Part shown: piece by piece, positions 10,235-19,635 of the stretch
How the letters are laid out: each line of letters starts with the position of its first letter
Position numbering within the stretch: position 1 is the stretch's first letter
NCBI GenBank assembly: GCA_963783835.1
Contig: CAWAOX010000018.1
Coordinates: 152,435 to 216,434 of the forward strand
Origin: an uncultured Actinomycetota bacterium
GTDB lineage: Bacteria; Actinomycetota; Thermoleophilia; RBG-16-64-13
DNA length: 64,000 nt
Reading direction: 5' to 3'
Notes under the pieces: generated by a model
What the model was told of the DNA's origin: nothing
What the model saw: the letters and a program-made list of their open reading frames with translations, nothing else
The model's database searches: none
Program-made: the position numbers and the translations under genes

Positions 10235-12580
10235 ATGGCCGAGCTCTACGAGCAGTTGGGTCTTACCGGGTGGGAGTACGAGCGCATCTGTGAGCTTCAG
10301 GGCAGAGAGCCCACTCATGTCGAGCTTGCCGTCTTCTCGCTTATGTGGAGCGAGCACTGCGGCTACAAGCACTCCAAACTTCTGCTGAAACGCTTTCCCA
10401 CGAAAGGGGAACGCGTGCTGCAGGGACCGGGTGAGAACGCCGGCATCGTCGACATCGGTGGCGGTGTGGCCGTCGCCATGAAGATCGAGAGCCACAATCA
10501 CCCGTCGGCCGTCGAGCCCTACCAGGGAGCGGCGACCGGCGTCGGCGGCATCATCCGCGACATCTTCGCCATGGGATCCCGGCCCATCTGCGGCCTGGAC
10601 TCCCTGCGCTTCGGCGAGATCGAACCCCTGCCGGCTCGGGACGGCTGGGCCGGCTCCGCGGCGGTCGCGGCAGCGGCAGCCTCGCCCGATATCGCTCCCA
10701 GCGAAGCGGTGCTCAACCGCCAGCGCTACCTCTTCGAGCACGTGGTCGCCGGCGTCGGCGGCTATGGCAACTGCATGGGCATCCCCACGGTAGCCGGCGA
10801 GATCTACTTCGAAGACCCCTATGCCGGCAACTGTCTCGTCAACGCCATGACGGTGGGGCTGGTCAAGCGGGACGAGATCATCCTCAGCAGCGCGGCGGGG
10901 GTGGGTAACCACGTTGTGCTGATCGGCGCCAAGACCGGCCGGGACGGCATCGGCGGGGCCAGCGTGCTCGCCAGCCAAGTGTTCGACGAGACGCTCGAGC
11001 AGAAGCGCCCCTCCGTCCAGGTGGGCGACCCCTTCATGGAGAAGAAGTTGCTGGAAGCCTGTCTCGAACTGCTGCGCGCCGATCTTCTCGTGGCGCTTCA
11101 GGACTTGGGCGCCGCGGGCATCACCTCCTCCTCCAGCGAGATGGCGGCCAAGGGCGGGGTGGGCATCGACCTGCATGCCGATCGGGTCCCGCTGCGCGAG
11201 GCCGACATGGAGCCCTGGGAGATCATGATCAGCGAGAGCCAGGAGCGGATGCTGGCGATCGTCGCGCCGGAACAGTGGGAAGGGGTCAAGGCGGTCTGCG
11301 ACCGCTGGGACCTGGACGCCACCATCGTCGGCGGGGTGACCGACACGAAGAACCTGCGCGTCTTCTTCGGTGGCCAGGTAGTCGGCGACATGAGTGCCGT
11401 TGCCCTGACGGAGCCGCCCTGTTACGCCATTCCCCAGGAGCGGCCGGCCCACGAGGTCGACGAGCCCCTGGATCCGGCGGACTACCCGCGGCCGGATGTG
11501 GCTCTCGAAGACATACTCCTCGACCTCATCGGCTCGCCGAACATTGCCAGCCGGCGTTGGGTGTACAGGCAGTACGACCATCAGGTGCAACTGAACACGG
11601 TCATCGTCCCCGGGGGCGACGCGGCGCTCCTTCGCATCAAGAAGACGGGCGCGGGGATAGCGGTCTGCACCGACGGCAACGGCCGGCAGACCTACCTCGA
11701 TCCCTATCGGGGGGGTAAGGCCGCGGTGGCCGAAGCCGCCCGCAACGTCTCCTGCGTGGGCGCGAAGCCTATCGCCATCACCAACTGCCTCAACTTCGGC
11801 AATCCGGACAATGGGCCCATCGCGTATCAGCTGGCGCAGGCCATCGAAGGGATGGCCGAGGCCTGCGAGGCGCTGGGTACGCCGGTGATATCGGGGAATG
11901 TGTCGCTCTACAACGAGAGCTTCGAGCAGCCCATCTACCCGACGGCGGTCGTGGGGATGCTCGGGGTCATCGACGACGTCACCGCGAACTGCACCGTCGC
12001 CTTCAAAGCCGGAGGAGACGAGGTGTTCCTGCTCGGCGACGCCGGCCCGGTGCTGGATGGGTCCGAGTACCAGAAGCGCTGGTTCGGCGGACCGAAGGGC
12101 CGTCCGGCGGGGCGCATACCGGACGTGGACCTCGAGGCCGAAGTGGCGTTGCAGCGGGTGCTGCAGGAAGCGATCGCCGCGCGGCTCCTCCGCTCCGCGC
12201 ACGACTGCTCCGACGGAGGCCTGGCGATAGCGCTGGCCGAGAGTTGCATCGCGGGGAACATCGGGGCCGACCTTGCGTTCCATCGTCTGCATTGGATGGC
12301 GGATGGGCACGCGGCTGGATTGGCCCGCCGTCCCGACATCGCTTTCTTCGGCGAGACGCCTACCTTGGTGGTCGTGTCGGTCGCGGCTGAGGATGGCGTG
12401 GGCCTAAAGAATATGTGCCATGAGGCCGGCGTCCCTTGCCATCGACTGGGCCGCGTCGGCGGTGCTGAGTTGGCGATGAGCGCCGAGGGCCCCGGGGGCC
12501 GCTCGGCCGCCCTGCGCGTGCCGGTCGCCCGGTTAGAAGAGGTCTACGAGACGGCTCTACCCAGGGCCATGGGGGAATGA
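10235..12580 (+). CDS. purL: FGAM synthase II (large subunit)
   Basis: MAELYEQLGLTGWEYERICELQGREPTHVELAVFSLMWSEHCGYKHS is a typical PurL N-terminus. The AIRS-like domains are duplicated. The earlier in-frame ATG at 10166 would overlap the Zn-ribbon ORF. Confidence 0.9.
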   Translation: MAELYEQLGLTGWEYERICELQGREPTHVELAVFSLMWSEHCGYKHSKLLLKRFPTKGERVLQGPGENAGIVDIGGGVAVAMKIESHNHPSAVEPYQGAATGVGGIIRDIFAMGSRPICGLDSLRFGEIEPLPARDGWAGSAAVAAAAASPDIAPSEAVLNRQRYLFEHVVAGVGGYGNCMGIPTVAGEIYFEDPYAGNCLVNAMTVGLVKRDEIILSSAAGVGNHVVLIGAKTGRDGIGGASVLASQVFDETLEQKRPSVQVGDPFMEKKLLEACLELLRADLLVALQDLGAAGITSSSSEMAAKGGVGIDLHADRVPLREADMEPWEIMISESQERMLAIVAPEQWEGVKAVCDRWDLDATIVGGVTDTKNLRVFFGGQVVGDMSAVALTEPPCYAIPQERPAHEVDEPLDPADYPRPDVALEDILLDLIGSPNIASRRWVYRQYDHQVQLNTVIVPGGDAALLRIKKTGAGIAVCTDGNGRQTYLDPYRGGKAAVAEAARNVSCVGAKPIAITNCLNFGNPDNGPIAYQLAQAIEGMAEACEALGTPVISGNVSLYNESFEQPIYPTAVVGMLGVIDDVTANCTVAFKAGGDEVFLLGDAGPVLDGSEYQKRWFGGPKGRPAGRIPDVDLEAEVALQRVLQEAIAARLLRSAHDCSDGGLAIALAESCIAGNIGADLAFHRLHWMADGHAAGLARRPDIAFFGETPTLVVVSVAAEDGVGLKNMCHEAGVPCHRLGRVGGAELAMSAEGPGGRSAALRVPVARLEEVYETALPRAMGE

Positions 12581-14025
12581 TGCGGGACCCGTGGACTGAC
12601 GACTCACCCCATGATGAATGCGGGGTGTTCGCCATTTACGCCCCGGAGATGGATGTCGCTCGCCTGACCTTCTTCGCTCTCTTCGCTCTGCAGCACCGCG
12701 GGCAGGAGTCGGCCGGCATAGCGGTCACCGACGGTTCTCGCCTGATCGTCCACAAGGACATGGGGCTGGTGTCCCAGGTGTTCGAGGAGTCCATCCTGCA
12801 GACACTTCCTGGGAAGCTGGCCATCGGGCACGTGCGCTACTCGACAACCGGCTCCAGCGAGATGCGGAACGCGCAGCCCTTCGCTCGGACCCGGAACGGC
12901 TCCTTCATCGCCCTGGCTCATAACGGTAACTTGGTCAACACCGATGAACTGCGCGCCGGCCTCGTGGAGAGCGGGCATATCTTCGAGAGCACCTCCGACA
13001 CCGAGGTCATCGCGGCCCTGCTCGCCGAGCACCCCTCCCGGGATGTCCGGGGCGCGTTGCGCGACATCATCCCCCGGTTGCGCGGCGCGTTCAGCGCGGT
13101 GCTGCTCACCAGCGACGCGGTGATCGGCTTCCGCGACCCCTACGGCGTCCGTCCCCTGGTGCTGGGCAAGGTCGAGGAGCGCTACTGCCTGGCGAGCGAA
13201 TCTTCGGGCTTGGACATCATCGGCGCCCAGTTGATCCGCGAGATCGAGCCGGGGGAGATCTGCTGGATCGATGAGCAGGGCTACCACATCGAGCAGGTGG
13301 TCGACCGCAAGCGGGAAGCGCTCTGCGTGTTCGAATTCATCTACTTCGCGCGTCCGGATTCCGTGATGAAAGGCCAGACGCTGTATACCGCCCGCAGCCG
13401 GATGGGCGAAGAGCTGGCGAGCGAATCACCGGTGGAGGCCGATCTGGTGATCCCCGTCCCCGACACGGGGAACTCCGCCGCCATCGGCTACGCGGCGGGG
13501 AGCGGCATCATCTACGGCGAAGCCCTGATCAAGAACCGCTACATCGGACGGACGTTCATCAACCCCGAGGACCGGGTGCGCAAGCTCGGCATCCGCATGA
13601 AGTTCAACCCCATGAGTTCGGCCATCCGGGGCAAGCGTCTGGTGGTCGTCGACGACTCCATCGTGCGCGGCAACACCACCCGGGCACTGGTGCGGGTGCT
13701 CTTCGAGGCTGGGGCAAAGGAAGTCCATCTGCGGATAAGCTCGCCCCCCATCGTCTTTCCCTGCTTCTATGGCATCGATATGGCCGACCAGGACGAGTTC
13801 ATCGCGTTCGGGAAGAGCGTGGACGAGATCAGCGAGGAGCTGGGTGCGACCTCCGTGGCCTACCTGTCGCTCGACGGACTGATGCGGGCGACCCGAGCCG
13901 GTGAGGCGGCCGATTGCTTCTGCGCCGCCTGCTTCACCGGGGACTACCCGTGCGACGTGCCCGAGAAGCTCCGTCAATCGAAGTTCCGCTACGAAGAGAG
14001 CGCCTGCGGCGCGCTGGAGGGCTAG
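12577..14025 (+). CDS. purF: Amidophosphoribosyltransferase
   Basis: N-terminal nucleophile Cys (HDECGVFAIY). PRTase motif VVVDDSIVRGNTT. C-terminal Cys cluster CFCAACFTGDYPC. Confidence 0.92.
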   Translation: MMRDPWTDDSPHDECGVFAIYAPEMDVARLTFFALFALQHRGQESAGIAVTDGSRLIVHKDMGLVSQVFEESILQTLPGKLAIGHVRYSTTGSSEMRNAQPFARTRNGSFIALAHNGNLVNTDELRAGLVESGHIFESTSDTEVIAALLAEHPSRDVRGALRDIIPRLRGAFSAVLLTSDAVIGFRDPYGVRPLVLGKVEERYCLASESSGLDIIGAQLIREIEPGEICWIDEQGYHIEQVVDRKREALCVFEFIYFARPDSVMKGQTLYTARSRMGEELASESPVEADLVIPVPDTGNSAAIGYAAGSGIIYGEALIKNRYIGRTFINPEDRVRKLGIRMKFNPMSSAIRGKRLVVVDDSIVRGNTTRALVRVLFEAGAKEVHLRISSPPIVFPCFYGIDMADQDEFIAFGKSVDEISEELGATSVAYLSLDGLMRATRAGEAADCFCAACFTGDYPCDVPEKLRQSKFRYEESACGALEG

Positions 14026-14037
14026 GCGCCTCCGGTT

Positions 14038-14052
14038 CGCTCGCTGCGAGCG
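14038..14052. terminator. Short GC hairpin between convergent purF and cytochrome genes
   Basis: cgctcg-ctg-cgagcg in the 34-bp gap between two convergent stop codons. No T-run. Confidence 0.3.
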
Positions 14053-14059
14053 CTGTCCC

Positions 14060-15244
14060 TCAGTCGTCCGACGGCGGGCGGCCTCCGTGGCACGTGCACG
14101 ATTGAGTGGCGAAGCCACTCGGATGGCACTTGACGCAGGCAAAGCTCCTGGCGCTGTGCTCTCCGGCCGGCGGGTGCCGGAAGTCCGCGGGCTTCCACCC
14201 TTTGGGAGTATGGCAGTCCGCACAGTCGGTAAGGCCGTCATGCTTGTCCCCGTGGCAGGAGACGCAGGCGGGGTCCGCCGCGGGAAACTGAGTCCCGGCG
14301 ACGGTCGCCGCTCCCGGTTCGCTAACGTGGCAGTCGGCGCAGGATAGGCTTGCATGGGCGCCGACTCTGGGAAACGGATGCTCGAAATCGACATCTTTCC
14401 ACGCGGTGGGCATGTGGCAGCCCGCGCAGTCCGCCAAGCCCCCGTGCTTGTCCTCATGACACGACGCACACTCCGGGCCGGCCTGAGCGAGCTGGGTGCC
14501 CGCCATGTTCTGCACCCCCGGTTTGCTCACGTGGCAATCGGTGCAGGATAGGCCGGCGTGGGCGCCGGTCAGCGCGAAGGGATGACCGCTTGCCGCCGAG
14601 CTCCAACCGGTCATGGTGTGGCAGCTGCTGCATTCGCCCCTGGCCTCGTGCGGAGCCGCATGGCAGTACGAGCAGTTGTTGGGAGCGATGGTCCCGTCGT
14701 GGCACTCGAAACATGAGGACATCTTCGCCGGATCCACATACTCGGGGGGATTGACCGTCGTGTGGACGAAACGCACATGGCAACTGATGCAGTCGATATC
14801 GGAGTGCTTTTCGTGGGAGAACGTGACGGTCGGCAGGGTCGGGTCCGGAGGCGGGTCCTCGTGGCAGCGCAGGCAGCTCTCATCGGGGATCTCCCGGGTC
14901 ACAGCGAGCGGGGCGTCTGGATCGCCGGCGACGTGCACGTAGATCTCGCGGAACGAGCCTAGCTTCGTCTCGATATAGGGAATGGCGCCCGGAGGGATGT
15001 GGCAGTCGCGGCACTCAGCGCTGCTGTGTGTTGAGGCCTGCCAGCTCTCGTAGTACGGATCCATCTCGTGGCAGGTGTCGCAGAAGGAGCTGGCGCTGGT
15101 GTAGTGCGCGGTGACGAGCGCGGCGATGATGAGAACGACGATGACGGCCCCCGTGATGGAGAGGGCCATTACCCAGCGGCGACGCCTCTTGTGGCGCTTG
15201 ACGGCCGGCTGGGTGGGACCTTTGGTCCGCTCGTCTTCGTCCAC
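14060..15244 (-). CDS. Membrane-anchored multiheme (14 x CxxCH) c-type cytochrome, NapC/NirT-like N-terminus plus c7-type triheme repeats
   Basis: One N-terminal TM helix (MALSITGAVIVVLIIAALV) followed by 14 CxxCH motifs (CDTCH, CRDCH, CLRCH, CISCH, CFECH, CSYCH, CSSCH, CTDCH, CASCH, CAGCH, CADCH, CVSCH, CADCH, CVKCH). The ORF extends to 15376. The GTG at 15244 has a GGAGAGGG RBS. Confidence 0.8.
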   Translation of the reverse strand: MDEDERTKGPTQPAVKRHKRRRRWVMALSITGAVIVVLIIAALVTAHYTSASSFCDTCHEMDPYYESWQASTHSSAECRDCHIPPGAIPYIETKLGSFREIYVHVAGDPDAPLAVTREIPDESCLRCHEDPPPDPTLPTVTFSHEKHSDIDCISCHVRFVHTTVNPPEYVDPAKMSSCFECHDGTIAPNNCSYCHAAPHEARGECSSCHTMTGWSSAASGHPFALTGAHAGLSCTDCHVSKPGVQNMAGTQLAQAGPECASCHEDKHGGLADCAGCHMPTAWKDVDFEHPFPRVGAHASLSCADCHVSEPGAATVAGTQFPAADPACVSCHGDKHDGLTDCADCHTPKGWKPADFRHPPAGEHSARSFACVKCHPSGFATQSCTCHGGRPPSDD

Positions 15245-15323
15245 AACCGCCCTCTCCGAAAGGTCGCAAGGAGAAACCCCTCTCCAGCACAGTAGTAGAC
15301 GGGGTGCGGCAACGCAAGTGGCC

Positions 15324-16628
15324 TCAGCCGGGCGGAGCGGCGCTGAGCGACTCGACCGCCCCGCGGACATCCGCAAAACGGCCCGCGCCCGCGGCGAAAA
15401 GCTGCTCCACGAGTTCTGTCGCGCGGCCCTCGCTCAGATCCCGCTGTCCGATGGGGGGCGAATCGGCCACCAGCACTTCCTTGCCCGCCCGGGCGGCCGC
15501 GAGGGCGACAGTTAGGGGCTCGAGATTCCCCGGGCCGAAGAAGATCGGGGCGACGAAGACCACATCGGCCTCGTCAAGGTGCGTCTTCAATTGCTGGACC
15601 GCTTCGGTCGGGAAGGCCTGGAACGGCGGGGCGGCTATCACCTCGAGCTCATACCGCTGGGCGGTGGCGTAGTCGGTATCGAACACGCTGACGATGCCGA
15701 CCGTCGGCGAGAACCCGTGCAGGACGAGTTCCTCGATCAGCTCCGAGGCCGCGCCGCCACCGGCGATCACGTGCACTCGTTTCTCGCCCGCGCCTCCGGC
15801 GCCCCCCGTGGCTCCGCCTTCCGAGGCGCGCGACCACAGAGGAGTGAGGTATGGTCGCCTGCCCTGACGGTGGACCGCCACCCTCACCCTGAAGACCTCC
15901 AAGATCAGCCGGGGATCGAGGATCTCTTCCGGTGCTCCCCGTGCCGCGATATGCCCGGTGTCAAGCAGGAGGAGCTGGTCGCAATACTGGGCCGCCATGT
16001 TGAGGTCGTGCAGCACGACCACGATGGTCTTGCCCGCGGCGTGGAGCTGTCCCAGCAACTGCATGACCTCGAGCTGGTGGTTCAGGTCGAGGTTGTTGAG
16101 GGGCTCGTCGAGCAGCAGGACCGGGGTCTCCTGGGCCAGGGTCTGGGCGATCAGAGCCCGCTGCCGCTCGCCTCCAGAGAGTTGGGTGACCAGCCGACCT
16201 GCTAGCCCGGTCATCCCCGTCGCCTCGAGCGCGGAGGCCACAGCCATCTGCTCGGCCTCGGTGCCGCCCCCCGCGCCTCGCCGCCCGAGCGGGTGCGCGT
16301 AGCGCCCCATGGCGACCATCTCTTCAACGGTAAAGCTAAAGTCGAGGGTGAACTGCTGGGGGACGACCCCGACGAGGCGGGCCACCTCGGTCGCCCTGTA
16401 GCCGGAGAGCGGCCGATCCTGGAGCAGGACGTTCCCGGCGTGCGGGTGGATGGCGCCGGTGAGCACCCGAAGCAGAGTGGTCTTCCCCGACCCGTTGGGC
16501 CCGAGGATCCCGAGGAAGGCGCCGGTAGGGACATCGAGGTCGAGCGGGCCGAGCACGAGGCGGGCGCCGTAGCTGACCTGGAGTCCCGTCAGGCGATAGA
16601 CGCTGCGCATCTCCGTCGAGCCGGCCAT
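15324..16628 (-). CDS. ABC transporter ATP-binding protein (BtuD/FecE type) fused to a ~180-aa C-terminal Rossmann-like domain
   Basis: Walker A GPNGSGKTTL, signature LSGGERQRA, Walker B LLLDEP. After residue ~260 there is a Gly-rich linker, then VHVIAGGGAASELIEEL...VVFVAPIFFGPGNLEPL. The ATG at 16628 lies 1 nt after the permease stop. Confidence 0.8.
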   Translation of the reverse strand: MAGSTEMRSVYRLTGLQVSYGARLVLGPLDLDVPTGAFLGILGPNGSGKTTLLRVLTGAIHPHAGNVLLQDRPLSGYRATEVARLVGVVPQQFTLDFSFTVEEMVAMGRYAHPLGRRGAGGGTEAEQMAVASALEATGMTGLAGRLVTQLSGGERQRALIAQTLAQETPVLLLDEPLNNLDLNHQLEVMQLLGQLHAAGKTIVVVLHDLNMAAQYCDQLLLLDTGHIAARGAPEEILDPRLILEVFRVRVAVHRQGRRPYLTPLWSRASEGGATGGAGGAGEKRVHVIAGGGAASELIEELVLHGFSPTVGIVSVFDTDYATAQRYELEVIAAPPFQAFPTEAVQQLKTHLDEADVVFVAPIFFGPGNLEPLTVALAAARAGKEVLVADSPPIGQRDLSEGRATELVEQLFAAGAGRFADVRGAVESLSAAPPG

Positions 16629-16629
16629 C

Positions 16630-17670
16630 CTACACGCCCTTTCGGGAACGCAGAAGATAGAGGAAGAACGGGCCCCCGACGGCCGCGGTGATGATGCCGA
16701 CGGGGATCTCCGCGGGAGCCAGCGCCGTCCGGGCCACCGTATCGGCGGCAAGCAGCAGCAGGGCCCCGAACACGGCCGACGCCGGCAGCAGTCTGCGGTG
16801 GTCCGGTCCCACCAGGATGCGCATGATATGGGGCACCATCAGACCGATGAAGCCTATGAGCCCGGCGAAGGCGACAGCGGCCGCGGTGGTGAGCGACGCG
16901 GCGATCATCAGGTTGCGGCGGGTGCGCTGCCCGTCGACCCCCAGTTCCCTCGCGCGCTCCTCGCCCATCAGCAACAGGTTCAGCCTTCGCGACATGAACA
17001 TCATGTAGGTGAAGCCGACGGCTACGACCGGTAGGACGATGTACACCTTGTTCCAGGTAGCGGTGGTGAGGCCCCCCATGAGCCACACGACCACCGTATG
17101 CAGGTCGCTCTCGGTGGCCACCATGAGGAACGAGATGATCGCGGTCAGGGTCGATCCCACGGCGACGCCCGATAGGAGCAGGGACGCGCCCGCGGTCTTT
17201 CCGGAGAAGGTGGCCAGGCGGTAGACAAGGAAGGCCGCGGCCGTGGCGCCGACGAAGGCGAGCAGGGGGAGGCCGTAGATGCCAAAGCTCGCCAAGGGTC
17301 TGAAGACGATGGCGATCGTCGCGCCCAAGCCCGCGCCGGCAGACACGCCAAGCAGGTAGGGCTCGGCCAGCGGGTTGCGGAAGACCCCCTGGAACGAGGC
17401 CCCGGCCGTGGACAGGGCCACTCCTACGAGGAGGGCGAGTACGATCCGGGGTAGCCGGAGACTGAGGAGCAGACGGGGCGCCCAGTCGGGATAGTCGCCG
17501 GTCGCATCGCCGCCGCTGACCAGGAGGCCTCCAAGAGCTCGGAGAACCTCGCCCACCGACAGCCCGGCCGCCCCGACCATCGTCGAGACGAGGACGACCA
17601 CGACCAGCGCGGCCACCAGGGCCATCATGACCAGACGGTAGGTCCTGCGGCGATCGGCGCCGGCTATCAC
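16630..17670 (-). CDS. FecCD/BtuC-family ABC permease
   Basis: About 9-10 hydrophobic segments typical of the FecCD family. GTG at 17670 is preceded by AGGAGGA. The ORF extends to 17826 in the track. Confidence 0.8.
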   Translation of the reverse strand: MIAGADRRRTYRLVMMALVAALVVVVLVSTMVGAAGLSVGEVLRALGGLLVSGGDATGDYPDWAPRLLLSLRLPRIVLALLVGVALSTAGASFQGVFRNPLAEPYLLGVSAGAGLGATIAIVFRPLASFGIYGLPLLAFVGATAAAFLVYRLATFSGKTAGASLLLSGVAVGSTLTAIISFLMVATESDLHTVVVWLMGGLTTATWNKVYIVLPVVAVGFTYMMFMSRRLNLLLMGEERARELGVDGQRTRRNLMIAASLTTAAAVAFAGLIGFIGLMVPHIMRILVGPDHRRLLPASAVFGALLLLAADTVARTALAPAEIPVGIITAAVGGPFFLYLLRSRKGV

Positions 17671-17782
17671 GCGCGATTCCTCCTGTCTAGACCTGGGCGC
17701 GGCGGGCGCTTCGCGGCCCGCCGCGCCGTCCGGCGCCGGCTCCCGGCCGGGGAGCCGGCGCCAGACGGTCGCGATGCTCGGG

Positions 17783-18889
17783 CTAGAAGGCCTCCGGGTG
17801 AATGGCCTTGGCCAGCGTCTCGACACCCACGCCTATGCGGGGTCCCGGCTGGGTGACCACTACATCGTCGATGAGGGAGACCGCCCCCTCCTTGACCGCG
17901 GTCAGATTGGCGAAGCGGGGATCGGACGTGAACTCCTCGACACTCTTGTAGGTGCTGCTCGGAAGCAGGATCACGTCCGGATCGGCCGCTACGAGCTGCT
18001 CGGGCGTGAACTGGAAGTAGGCCTGTCCGGCAGCCGGCGAACCCGCCATGGACCCGACGTTGGTCGCGCCCACGAGCTTGAGCAGCTCATCGACAAACGA
18101 GCCGGAGCCGGCGGTCCAGAGGGTGTTGTCGAGCGCATAGAAGACCTTCGGCGAGTAATCGAGCTTTGAAGTGACGTCGGTCACGGCTTTGATCTGGGCC
18201 TTGATCGAGTCCACCACTTCGGTTGCTTTGCCGGTCGCGCCCGTTGCCGCGCCCACCGTGGTGATGTTCGCGTAGATCTGCTCGAGGGTCATGGGGTTGA
18301 GGATCAGTACCGGCGCTCCCGCCTTCTGCACGGGGGCCAGGGCTTCCTCGTTGCCCGAATAGCCGACCACCAGGTCGGGGCTGAGGGCCATGATGGCCTC
18401 GGTGTTCGCCTGGAAGTCGCCGATCTTGGCTATGCTCGCCGCCTCCGGGGGCTCACCGGGCAGGGACGTCGTGCCGACCACCCTGTCGCCCACGCCGAGC
18501 GCGAAGAGCGTCCAGGTATTGGCCGGAGCGGTGGAGACGATGCTCATAGGCTTGGCTTCGACGGTCACGCTGTTGCCGTTGTCGTCGGTGACCGTGACCG
18601 GGAAAGTCCCCTCGGCCGGTTGAGCGACGGTCGAGGCGGTCGTCTCTGTCGGAGCAGCGGTAGTCGAGGTCTCAGCGGGAGCCGCTGTGGAGGCGGTCGT
18701 GGCGGGTGAGGCCGTCGTCTCGGTCGACGCTGTGTCCGACCCGCACCCGGCCACAAGCAGGGCGCTGCTGAGAAGCAGCACCAAGGCGACGAGCAACGCG
18801 AGTGGGACGAAGGGGAGATGGGTGCGCCGCCGCGAGGGTGGCAGATCTGGCCCCGCCGTGGAACGGCGTGGCCTGGGATGTCCGGTCAT
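17783..18889 (-). CDS. Periplasmic substrate-binding lipoprotein, BtuF/TroA-like (cobalamin/siderophore class)
   Basis: Signal peptide with lipobox LLVAGC, then a T/A/S-rich linker, then a class III SBP fold. ATG at 18889 lies 5 nt after AAAGGAG. A cobalamin riboswitch sits upstream. Confidence 0.8.
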   Translation of the reverse strand: MTGHPRPRRSTAGPDLPPSRRRTHLPFVPLALLVALVLLLSSALLVAGCGSDTASTETTASPATTASTAAPAETSTTAAPTETTASTVAQPAEGTFPVTVTDDNGNSVTVEAKPMSIVSTAPANTWTLFALGVGDRVVGTTSLPGEPPEAASIAKIGDFQANTEAIMALSPDLVVGYSGNEEALAPVQKAGAPVLILNPMTLEQIYANITTVGAATGATGKATEVVDSIKAQIKAVTDVTSKLDYSPKVFYALDNTLWTAGSGSFVDELLKLVGATNVGSMAGSPAAGQAYFQFTPEQLVAADPDVILLPSSTYKSVEEFTSDPRFANLTAVKEGAVSLIDDVVVTQPGPRIGVGVETLAKAIHPEAF

Positions 18890-19044
18890 GCGGACTCCTT
18901 TCGGTTCGACATATGGTCAAGGCCCGCAAGATGGTGGAGAGCAGGTTGGCTACTCCCCGGCCTGACCAGGTAGCGGTCGAACCGAGTTGGCGCCCCGACG
19001 ACATCGGGGCGGAGTCGCTCTCTCCACGGAAAGCGTCTGCTCCT

Positions 19045-19215
19045 CCTCCGTAGCAGGTATCTGGCTCCCGAGAACCCGCCGCCCGCCCGGCGCCGCCTTT
19101 CGGCGGGCCTTCGCTGGCGAACAGGACCTCGGTTACAGTGGCGGGACCGCGCCGGCTTCTCACCGGCTTCCCTCTCGGCCTCGGCGAACCGAGGCCTGAC
19201 TGCGGAGGCACCATG
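19045..19215 (-). promoter_or_regulatory. Cobalamin (B12) riboswitch in the 5' leader of the btuF-like operon
   Basis: The minus strand reads ...gagGGAAgccGGTGagAAgCCggcgcgGtCCCGCcaCTGTAAccgagg...cagcGAAGGccc...gggaGCCAGatACCTGCt, which matches the conserved cobalamin-riboswitch core and B12-box. It is followed by a GC hairpin, then the RBS and ATG of the SBP gene. Confidence 0.8.
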
Positions 19216-19310
19216 CTTGCAGAGCGGACTCTAGCATTTCGATGTCTGTGCGTCCATGCCGGGACGGCGGGCGCCGGGCGGCTCGGTGCCGCTTTTGGTA
19301 CGCTGGTCCG

Positions 19311-19622
19311 GTGAGAAGCTCGGTCAGCATAGTGTTGTTCTTCCTCTTGAGCGGTTTCTTTCTCGCCGCTCTAATGGGGGCCATCGAGCGGAACCGCAGG
19401 CTTATCGGGATCGCCGGGGCCTGCCTGGTAGTCCTGGTGTGCATCATCGTGTTCGTCAAGCCGGTCCAGTTGCCGTCGCTCTCGGATCTACGGCACGGCA
19501 CGACGACGACTACAGCGACGACCGCCGGGCCGAGCAGCGCGGCTCCGGCTGCGGCGGCGACTCCGGCCGCGACACCGGCGACGTCGGGCACGAGTTCCAC
19601 CGCCGCTCCCTCGGGGTACTGA
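19311..19622 (+). CDS. Possible small two-TM membrane protein with Thr/Ala-rich tail (start uncertain)
   Basis: The ORF has hydrophobic segments [19 protein letters not shown] and [18 protein letters not shown], then the tail [29 protein letters not shown]. No convincing RBS. Confidence 0.25.
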   Translation: MRSSVSIVLFFLLSGFFLAALMGAIERNRRLIGIAGACLVVLVCIIVFVKPVQLPSLSDLRHGTTTTTATTAGPSSAAPAAAATPAATPATSGTSSTAAPSGY

Positions 19623-19635
19623 GCGGAGGTGGCGC

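Noticed and set aside
10031-12310. 759-aa minus-strand ORF antisense to purL; likewise 6927..8843 (antisense purB), 44371..46335 (antisense OYE gene), 22126..23349 (alternative frame of purH) and 604..1488 (antisense dnaB)
   Set aside because: Long stop-free antisense/alternative frames are expected in high-GC DNA. Their translations are low-complexity (R/G/P/A-rich) with no recognisable motifs, while the opposite strand encodes clear conserved proteins.
14106-14942. Several plus-strand ORFs (61-148 aa) inside the multiheme cytochrome gene
   Set aside because: Antisense to a gene with 14 in-frame CxxCH motifs and no features of their own.
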